In this document: positions 11,301-21,500 of the stretch, piece after piece
Layout of the letters: each line of letters begins with the position of its first letter
How positions within the stretch are numbered: the first letter of the stretch is position 1
DNA from: Catajapyx aquilonaris
Lineage: Eukaryota
Direction of reading: 5' to 3'
NCBI GenBank assembly: GCA_000934665.2
Contig: JYFJ02004137.1
Coordinates: 1-34,519 of the forward strand
DNA: 34,519 nucleotides
The notes under the pieces: generated by a model
Seen by the model: the letters and a program-made list of their open reading frames with translations, nothing else
Told to the model about the DNA's origin: nothing
Databases searched by the model: none
Program-made: the position numbers and the translations under genes

Positions 11301-12930
11301 CGTCGGCGTGGCCAGGGCGTCCGGAGTAGTGGCTGGTCGCTGGTGGCGAGGGGGGAGGGGGGGGGGGGCTTGTTTTTGACGAAGTACAGTATTGCATAGT
11401 ATAATATTTAAATTTAATATTGAGTGTCTGTTTCTGAGGTGGGCAGGGGTGGGGGGTGGGACGGGTTGTTTTTAGGTTTATTCTCATGAGTTTTATTAGT
11501 TCATATGTTGGGTTAGCTTGCGTCTCCCTTCATCGCTGACTACCCCTCATTGGGAAATGTCATGATGTTGTTGTTGTTGTTGTTGTTGTCGTTGTTGTCG
11601 TTGTCAATGTTATAATAATATATCGAGGGTCCCATACTATAAGCTTAGAGAGTATCAACAATTATTGTTGGTTTTTAAGAATTGAATGTAATTTGTATTC
11701 TTTGGTGTCATTTATTTTTAAAAGGCTATGGGCAATGTCAACTGTGCAATAGAGTGCTGCCCAGACCACTCTACTCACCATATTCTTCGTGGAACCCTTT
11801 ACCGTATCCGAGGCCACATCATGGAAGCTATTGAGTGCTTTAAGACTGCATGGGAGGTCCTCCCATATGAGTATCCTTCGATATCTGCCCGTCTCAAGAG
11901 AGACGAAGACACTACATATAGCCATTATTCACAAATGTCAGCTGTTTTGAAGCTGCAGGAAATGCTACTACAGAATGATGTGGCTGTTAGAGCCTTACAT
12001 GAAAACAAGTTTAAGGAGGCTCTCAAGATAGTGAGTCAGGTCAATGCTGAGACTATAAACTGGCCTGAGACTAACATCACAAGAGGAGACTGTCTGGCAG
12101 CAGAGGTAATGGATAGATTATAATCCATGCAAAAATTATTGAACTCTCTGTCTCTGTGGATCTGTTGTATGAACATAAATTGAGGGTAACTGAACTGAAG
12201 CAGGTTGGTGTAGTGGATATGGAGTCCGCCTGCTAATTGGGAGGTCCTGGGTTCGAATCCCGGGGCCGGCAACCCTGACCATTGTTTTCTGTGGTTTCCC
12301 ACGGTCCCCCCAGGACAATTCCGGGGTCGTTTCCGTAAAAATAGGCCACAGCCGCTTCCTTCTATCCCTATCCTTGGTGCCACCCATGTGTGAAGTAAGA
12401 GTCAGAAAAATCGAAGAAAACTGACGGGGGCGGGTAAAATTTGTTTAAAAAAATTGAGGGTAACTGAAGATAGTCTAGACATGACCAATATCTATCTCAG
12501 TAGTTACAATTAACTTGTGCTCATACAACAGTCCCTGCATACTGGATTTAAAAATAACTTATACATTAAGTTATTTATGATTCAGGGGGACCTAAATGGT
12601 GCTCTGCTGAACTACATCAAGGCAAGAAACGGATTGCCTGACGGTGGTGTCAAAGAACAAGTCTCGGCACGGATTGCAGTTATATTGCAGTATCTGACAG
12701 TTGTAGCAGTGGACATGAGGAAATATGATCATGCCATAGAGATGAGTGCACACGCCATCAAATTTTCAGGATCAAGTTCATTGCTCTACGGATTGAGAGC
12801 CAGGGCCACATACATGGTGCAAGGAGCAGCAGATGCCAGGAAGGATGTTGAGATGAGTCTGGCTGATAACCCAGGGGCGATGCGGACCATCGATTTGAAG
12901 ACGGTCATTGATGCATATCCTACAGTCTGA
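8364..12930 (+). CDS. TTC16: TPR-repeat protein, TTC16-like, paralogue 2 (~502 aa, 6 coding exons)
   Basis: Exons 8364-8370 (ATG CAG G, tentative), 8433-8623, 8931-9086, 9929-10357, 11725-12105 and 12586-12930. Intron phases match paralogue 1, as do the 156-nt and 429-nt exons. Motifs: NCAIECCP, HILRGTLYR, LLQNDVAV, ITRGDCL, LRARATY...ARKDVEMSLADNPG. Confidence 0.75.
11126..11600 (+). mobile_element. 5'-truncated non-LTR retroelement 3' end with (GTT)n tail
   Basis: 13-bp TSD TTGTCAATGTTAT at 11113-11125 and 11601-11613. The G-rich body differs from the AT-rich flanks. A (GTT/GTC)n tract lies at ~11566-11600. Confidence 0.75.
12195..12450 (+). mobile_element. tRNA-derived SINE, family A, copy 3
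   Basis: TSD AAATTGAGGGTAACTGAA at 12177-12194 and 12451-12468. A-box TGGTGTAGTGG at 12206-12216, B-box GGTTCGAATCC at 12250-12260, and an A-rich end. Confidence 0.92.
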
Positions 12931-14121
12931 TCAGTCTGTTCCACAAAGAGGACGTAAGTGAGTGGCATAAACTCAAAGTTGAGATTTGAGACTCAGACTA
13001 CAATTTGGGGGTACTCCATGCTGAAATATCCAAATGACAATTCCATTGATATGAATTATTATTTAATATTTATGTTACTCTGCATAAGCAAGTTTCACTG
13101 CTATGTATGATTTACAGACAACTGAGAAATAAATTATTACGCTTCCAGGCTTCATCTTGATAATGCTTGAACTTACTCCCAGCATCAATATAATTTTGTG
13201 ACATGGACTAGATTCTTGGATATCTCCAAAGAAAATATTATTTTTAATTAGATGCTGGATGCCTGAAGATGATTCCCCATGGGTAAGTCTGCATAAGTCT
13301 AGTAATTGCACACTATTTTGTTAATTATGGATACTAAAATAATATACCTATTTCAGATATGCAAAGGATTTGACAGGGACTTACACATATGAAGCGCTGT
13401 GAAGATGCTCCAGTGAAACAAAGAAATTTGATGTGATTTATTTTTAATTGAGATATTTTGGAAAAGAATAGTATAGTTACAATCACTGGATTAGTAGCAC
13501 TTCATAGAATAAAAATAACATCACTGAATGGAATCCGACAAAATCACTGGAGAAATTATTCATTTGAATATGAAACAACGGATTTTAGGGTGAACAAAAG
13601 TGGAACCCAAGTTATGCAGCAACTTGTCTAAGTGACTGAAAAACAAGACTAAAGCTTTGTTGAGACATTACGCCGTACAATATGTCAAAGACCATTACGA
13701 TCAAAATATTGATTCATTTAATGCACGATCTTACCTTCATTTGTAGCCTATCTGATATTCCTACTGACAATGATTTTCTAATCATGATGTGCCTTTCATT
13801 TAACTCTGTATGGAGAATTTGAATTTCCAAAGTGATAAGTTATGAGGAATTGGAAAAATCTAATTTTTAACATTATACAACAATTTATAAAGAATAATAA
13901 TTGCAATCTGTAACTCATCAATTAGCAATATCATAAATTAAGTACCACACAGATGAAAGGCTGTAGTGCTAACTACCACACCACTCTGTGCGCTCGAATA
14001 TTTATCTACCTACGACATGTTATGCTATGAATGATATAAACGCAGATCTCATTCAAAGAAGAGGGTATATGGCAATGACAATAATTAAACTGCATGTTCA
14101 AAAGAGGACAATCACAATGTG

Positions 14122-14135
14122 ATCACTATAGAAAC
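14122..14135. promoter_or_regulatory. RFX X-box-like motif ATCACTATAGAAAC, 24 bp upstream of the paralogue 3 ATG
   Basis: Fits RYYNYY-N2-RRNRAC and sits at nearly the same distance from the ATG as the paralogue 2 motif. Confidence 0.5.
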
Positions 14136-14159
14136 AACACCACATATTATAATTTGGCC

Positions 14160-17100
14160 ATGATCCAAGGTAAGGTGCATTTTTATATCCAGATGCACGG
14201 CAGTGCATCCGCCAAGTCTAAGCCACTTCCACCGCCACTGATTTAATATACGGTAGCTACCCATGATTGTAGAATTCAGACCATTCTAATTTGCAGGGTG
14301 TGGATATTGGGGAAAAAAATACATCTATTTTGACAACCAAAGTCATCTTGCACACCGTCGTAATTACTTGCGAAGGAAATGGGGCTTCACGTATCCCTTT
14401 TATTATTTTGTCCCGAACCCTATCATAATGGATGGCAAACTTGCACAGGCAATTACACAAATCAAGAGAGCCCTTGTGGAATGTCGTTATAACCATGTGA
14501 GTATCATTGTGCAATGAAGATTCAGTATATTCCAATGAAATTGTGCAAATCCAAGTAATTTGATTTGGTAACACACATTTAAAAATCACACATGAACATT
14601 TCAGGCTAAAAAGATGGCACATCGTGCACTCATAACATTCCCAGAGCATACTGGTCTGTACCATCATCATGGCTTAGCCTGTCACTTCCAGATGAATTTT
14701 GAGGAAGCTATATGGTCATGGAAAAGGGCCATAGTTTATGAGCCTGATCCATGGCATATGGTAAGCACAGAAACAAAGTAATTTAAAAAATATATCAACA
14801 GCCCCTGGTCTAGAGTGAATGATCTGCAACCTCATTAACATACGTATACATCTTTGAAATGATGCAGAAATCGACACACACCATGAATCTATTCATCACT
14901 TCTAACTCCATGAAAATCCAGTTTTTTTGGAATCTACACACTACATGAAGCAATAATTTAATTAATAATTTAATAAATTTAAATGAATACATTTATTAAA
15001 TCAATGCTGGCATTGCTGCGATTACTGAATGCATTGTGGATAAAATTGATGCTTAAATAGTAATTATATCACCACTTTTGCCTCCTATGTCTAAGGTCCA
15101 ACACTACCACTACATTCATCGAGTGTATGTAACCTGGGGACACTACAGCTACATCAGGTTAAACTACAACCAAGCCTTGGAATGCTACAGGGCAGCTATC
15201 TATATCCACCACACACACAAGCTGGAGATCCATGTAGTCGAGTGCATGGTATTGCTAAACAGGGTGTCTGAATTTAACAGGGATTTTCAAAACAGAATTG
15301 ATGGCCAGCCAATCAACGAAAACAACATCCCCCTGCTGAGAGCAAAGGCCAGATTACACTTCAAAAACGGGAAGTTGGGGCAAGCCAGGACAAACCTGAT
15401 GCAACAGGCCATGTACGCACCACTCACCAGGATAGGTCACTATGTTGTAAAGCAAGTGGAGAAGCGAGCAGAACATTACCACCTTGCTGCTGTTCAAAGC
15501 TATGTGCTTGGATATCCTCTGAAGGTAAGGAGTCAGTAAGTGCAGCATGATTCCAAGGAAGTCTTTCCTGTCCAAGGAACTGAAAATTTATAATGATGAA
15601 TGCTAGTTTCTTCCAAGACATTGGCGGAGTTCGCCCAAATGCTTCATATAGTAACAACCAACTGTTGAGAATTTTATAAAATGGTTATGGTTTATATCTG
15701 TCTCTCTGTAACAGGCACGAGGTAACATCAACTGTGCCTGCCAGTGTTGTCCTGATCGTTCCAAACATCATGCTGTCCGTGGTGTCATCCTTCGTGTGCA
15801 AGGAAATGCTGCGGAGGCAGCTGAAGCCTTCAAGCTTGCCTTGGAGGTTTTTGCATTCGAGAGCGCATCCCATGTCACATTATATGGTACTGAAGAGGAA
15901 TATCTTTATTACCACCGACATATGGTAAGTCTTATACAAGAACAAGAGCGGCTGTTGCTCCATGATGGAGGCATGCATGCCTGGTGGGAGCTAAGGTTAC
16001 AGGAAGCAATAGACCTTGCCACACGTGTTAAGGCGAAAGGTAGACCGTGGCCTGAGACAGACATCTTTCTTGGAGACTGCTTGGCAGTACAGGCAAGTAC
16101 TTACTTTAATAGCTTTATTCTAAACAAAAGAGAAGCTAACAATATATTATTCCATACACAGTTTTACTGGAAGGAAATGAGTTTATTGCTTACAGGTTTC
16201 ACTCTGCTTTGAAATAATTCTTCAACTTGTTGCACAAATATTTATTGACATACAGTTATTGAATCTGGATATAACAGACTTCAAGGGACCACAGAAATCA
16301 GTCTGTTATAGCCGAATGCACAGGCCATATATGAAATTATGATGGGGCCCGCCTTTCAAGTCTGTTATAACTTTTTTCGGAGCTACAGCGACTTGAAAAA
16401 GACTTCGCTCGCTGAAGGGTAGCCAACCCACAATTACGGGTCTCCAGGGTGAACAAAAGCGTGGCGCCATATCTGGATTTGAAGAGTATGGTCCCAAGGA
16501 CATTAGTACCTTCATGCTTTCATCACCAAATGCACAGTTGAGTCTCTTAACGTCCTGACTAAAAGATAAGTTATGAGCAGTTAGAAAAACGTAGTCAGAA
16601 AGTGTGCATATAATACCGTATATAGATACATGTGCGAGTGCATGCGAGTATAGAGGAGGTAGAGGTTGTGAATTTCTGTTCATACAATAATAAATTGTGG
16701 TTTTTAAAAATTCAAAAGGTATTGGTATGTGGAAGTGGGCAAATGCATATTTCCCAGCCAATCCAAAGGTGGGATTGCAGATTGGTCGCAGGGTATAGAA
16801 TCATGGATATGTGAATGCACAGAGGAATGGGTGGAGGTGGGGGGTACGCATATGGTTGGCATCATCACTGGCTATAAGTCTGAAGCGATTGAAAATTTGG
16901 TGGGCACTGTAGGCCGCAGGCCTAGAAAAAAGTGAGCGAAGTGAGTGGTTTTCTACGCCTGCGCCATAGAAAAATGCGAGGGTTTTTCTAGTATGAAAAT
17001 AAGGTCGCAAACCAGAGGAAAAATCGAATAACTACTTTAAACTGACAGAAAATCACAAAACTTGGGCACAAGACACAAAGTGCAAGCAAGTATCACTTGC

Positions 17101-18112
17101 TCTGAACTCTACCACTTATAGCCAGTTTTCACTTGCACCAGACTTGCACAATATGTTGCCAAATATCTTTTTTCCAATCAAAGGAAAATTTAGACAAATA
17201 TTTGGCATACGTGTCATGGAAACATGATTCGTATTACTTCTGAACGATTTTGGTCCTTTCAGGAACACAAAAAAATACTCCACAAAAAACCAAACATGCA
17301 GCTGAAGGAATAGGCCCGGAATCAGCCCAAAAAGTCCCGAAATTACTGCAAAAAGTTCAAAAACTATCACAAAAAAGGCCAAATAGGCATGAAAAGTCGC
17401 AAATAGGCCATTTCAGGCACTATAAAACCTACATTTTCCACATCCTGCACTTATGAAATGGACAGATCTCTTCACAAAACACTTGTCTAAAAATCCGGAC
17501 TCTAGTTATAACCGAAAGTCTGTTATAGCTGAGGCTGTTATATCCGGATTCAACTGCACAAGCAGGTCTGCTTCTTCATTTTATGAATATACGAGATATT
17601 AACAAAGTCATGCATATCAAGTTGAACTCAGGTGAAGTCATGTAGATTCTTATGTTATATTGCAACTTTTTTGAAGCATAGTGCAAAATAATGCGGCCTT
17701 ACTTGACAAAAATCATAAAATTTTAATGTCTCATAATTCTCATTTTCATACTTTCTTTGGCTAGGGTGATTTGAATGGAGCTTTAGAAAACTACACACAG
17801 GCCTTGATGACTCTTGAAGAAAATAGCGTTACATCAGAGCAGTTGTTACTAAGGCTAGCAATAGTGCTTCAGCACTTTGCAGTTTCAGCCATGAAAAGGA
17901 GGGAGTTTGATAACGCAGTCAAGCTGTGCACGTGTGCTCTCAGATATGTTGAGAAGAGTGCATTCCTCCATATGCTTAGGGCTAGAGCTCATTATATGGC
18001 ACAGAATTATGACAGTGCCAGGGAGGATTTGAAGATATGCTTAAGCTACAACCCAGGAGAAACGCAAGCACTTGACTTGAAAAGGATCCTTGACACACAC
18101 CCACCTCTGTGA
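14160..18112 (+). CDS. TTC16: TPR-repeat protein, TTC16-like, paralogue 3 (~506 aa, 6 coding exons)
   Basis: Exons 14160-14169 (gccATG ATC CAA G|gtaagg), 14297-14496, 14605-14760, 15096-15524, 15715-16092 (GC donor) and 17765-18112. The frame is open throughout and the 156/429/378-nt exons match paralogue 1. AATAAA at 18118-18123. Confidence 0.75.
16253..17556. mobile_element. pogo/Tigger-like non-autonomous element (~1.3 kb, probably with nested inserts)
   Basis: Left end TA|CAGTTATTGAATCTGGATATAACAG; right end CTGTTATATCCGGATTCAACTG. Subterminal GTTATA repeats are present. The first ~100 bp recur at 26167. Confidence 0.75.
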
Positions 18113-18501
18113 GAGGAAATAAATTATCCAATAGTGTATCAATAACACAATTATTATTTTACTACCTATAAAGCTTTCTTTGATGTTGACCATGACAATG
18201 ATGATTATCAACATCACTGGAATGCATGGTGAAGAAGCATTTCACACTGTCATTCAGGCAACAATAATGACTAGTGGTGATTATGATTAATACTGCGGTT
18301 CCTGCTGCTGCTACGGCTGCATCTATAAGTGATACAATAGCTTAGGTGTGACAACTTTGAAATGATCTAGAGCTGACTAGCTTAAATGTCACTTTATTCA
18401 AGCACACAATAAATACAAATACAAATCCACCTCCTCCAATGAAGGTAGATATGTCAGGTCCAAAACAAATTTTTATTTGCATTGCATGAAAACAGGAAAA
18501 A

Positions 18502-21500
18502 TCAACGTTTCCGCCTGCGTGGTGGATTAGTATGCCTACTTCCAGATCCTGAGGCCTCTCCAATGACAATAGTGCCCTCAGCTATCTCTTCTCTCGCAGG
18601 TGACTTTTGTATTGTCTGCTGTGCCTCCAAGTAGAACATTACATCCCTCAGTTGCTCCTTCAGGTCCTGCACCTCTTTGTCTTTGGTTTCTCTGTATTCC
18701 TTCAGCTGCTTCTCCAAACCAGCTACTGACTCCTTCCAGGTCAATTGATCCTGCTGCAGGCACTTGTTGATCTGCCGCTCTTCCTGTAGCTCGGCAGTAA
18801 CCTGGAATAGCGTGATATGTTTTTATGGTATGGCGTATTAGCTTTAGGAAGAAGATTATAGGACCCTATTTGGCTGTCTGTTTCAGAATTGAGCTCACAT
18901 TCAGATCAGTGGAAATTTCCCAGACATGCCTGACACAAGTTGGCATGACTCAACCCACTGAACAGGGGAATGCTATGCAAAACATGTTAGTTCAGGCAAT
19001 TATTTGGTGGTTACTTGGCCAGAATATGTCCACTCCTATTGCTTTCAGACATGGCCACTACACAGGTGTATATACAATGTCTACATCAGTTACGACTTGG
19101 TGATCTCAATAATATTCTGAATCACATTGTACACCAGGCCTAATGGCATAGTTTTGGTTAAACATTAGTTCATGCTTTGGCAGGAGAATTATGGCCAATT
19201 GGGTATAAATGGCTGAACTTGTTATTTGAATGAGTAAACTGGCAAGATTGAGAAATATAAAACTCATGAGTAACCTTGTTGAGTTTGGAGGTGAGCTGGG
19301 CAACTTTTTTTTCTTGCGCTTGCCTCTCCTTCTGCAAGGTGGCCATCTTCTGCTGCAGTTTTCCATTCTCTTCCAGAGATTTCCGTGCCTTCTGCTTCAG
19401 CTCTTCCCTCTCTTTTAGAGACTCCTGTTCCACAAGTGCAATCTTGTCCTCAAAATACAGACGTTGTGACTCCAGCTGTGTGGTCAGGAGGTATGTAAAC
19501 TCCAGTTGAATAGAGTCCACTTTCTCATCTGCCTCCATCGCCTGGTCCTTGCCCACAGGACTGGTCCGATTCTCATCCGACACTTCCACCAGCTTCCCAT
19601 CCCCCTTGTTCTGAAGAAGCCGGTGGACAAAGTTGTCTCCAACATAGTCCCACACCCTATTGTTTCCAAGTTGCATTGCATAGCAGTGGTGTGTGTCCAG
19701 GAAGTGGCTAAGTAGGGTGGAGAAAAGCCTTTCAGTACTCCACACAACATGTGGCTTATACATGATTAGATGAGATTTCCAGAACATTGCAGTGCATCAA
19801 AACTCCTACAAAACTTAATACAGGGTTTTATGCACGATATTAAGCAAAATACAGGGTCTTAATTCATGATTCAATTCAACAACTCTTCTGGTGACATCAT
19901 GACTTTCATTTATCGCAGGGGGCTTTCTCTCCAAAACAGAATTATACCCTTGGCCATCCTTGCCCACCTATGGCAAGCTCGTGGCATGTGTACCCCTCAA
20001 TCTCACTTGGCATCAATAATTACTGGCAAATGGTTACGTAGCAAATTGTAACAAACAGAGAGCATACTTACTGATATGCATGACCTTCCGAGTACCTCCC
20101 ACATCCAACATGTCCACATATGAGGCATATCCATAAAGATTCTGCACTGTGGCATTCAAAACAACGGTTGTCTGCAACAATTTCTGGTGTCTGCACATAT
20201 CGACATACGGGACAACTGCAAAAATCAGGATGCACAATTTAGAATATGCGTTTTAGGCAGGTCTCATTTTATAAAATTGCACAAGTCTCTACACTATTGA
20301 AGAAATGTCAGCTCACATATTCTGCACTGGTGGAAAAATATTGCAGATTGCTCACTTATCAGCTAGGTACCACTTCAGTAACAACTGCATTTGCATGCTA
20401 CTGGATGCTTAAAATTCACACTTTTCTAGATGCACGGTTGTCCGTATTAATAACAACAGACTAGGGCATTGTGTAAAATATTTTGGAATAGAGACTCATA
20501 TTATGTGGGGGTATCAATTGGTCTTCAGTCTTATTACCAAGACTTTTGATACGTGGCACAACATGTCCTGCAAGGTTTGCATCTTACCACATGAAATGTG
20601 TCCGAAAAGTTAGTCCTGTTGATGACTTGCTAAGGTCATATTAACCTTTTAATCACGACCCACTTTAGATGTGTCAATCAGTGCTGTGGTGACATGTGAT
20701 TATTTTCCTTCATTGAAACTGGTTCAATGTTTTTGTCATTACATGTAAATTTCATGTAAAATGCTACATGCAGTTTTCATTTACAATTTCACTGCTAGCA
20801 AAAACCAAGTTTTAGATGTGTTGTGTGTGTGGTGTAATGCAAGCTTCCAAGCTACACATGACACCCTTGTATAAAGTTATCATCTGAAGTTTCCAGTACT
20901 ATTCTGAGACACACTGTATAACTTGGACGACTACAGAGCTTGTCAAGGTATCCAGCTGATTCGAGTGGTCCACTATATTTTCTGCATTACAGATGGTAAC
21001 TAATCTTTGGATCTGCATGTTTCCCAAGAAGTATAAGATTGCAGGACACACATTAATTAACAAAGTGTAAGGCAAAAATCATATACATTTCATAGATGGA
21101 AGAATTTTGATAACAAGCACACCTCTGATATTTCATAATAAAACTTGCAAGAAAACTTAAAAATATGTAACATTGGCGATCTTGACATTACCTTCAATAT
21201 TGCAAATGAACCGAAAACTTCTAAGCATCTGTGCACATCACTTGCCTTGTATCACCCCACTTGGCCAAGCAACTCCCGTGAAAAGAATGATTGCAGAGAA
21301 TGGTGAGGATACCATCAACGGACTCATCCATTCTTTCCAGACAGACGGGACAAGTGGGAAGTTCCGTGTGTCCTGAGGGAGGCAGCCCCCAGCAATCTCC
21401 CTCCTTCATCATTTGCACCTGGGACACATATGCCAAGTGGCACACTTCTGGTTCAATTGAATTGTACTGAGTCCCATTGAATGCATGGTAAAACTGGTCT

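Noticed and set aside
12195..12270. tRNA-like sequences with A and B boxes (also ~6680-6750, ~7115-7190, ~26695-26770)
   Set aside because: They are SINE heads that continue into core and tail and are bounded by TSDs, not stand-alone tRNA genes.
12370..12440. Hammerhead ribozyme in the SINE tail (CTGAC and GAAA motifs)
   Set aside because: The CUGANGA core is absent and I could not build the three-stem junction.
2313..18112. Single giant gene with three internal TPR blocks
   Set aside because: Each unit has its own ATG exon, stop codon and polyA signal.
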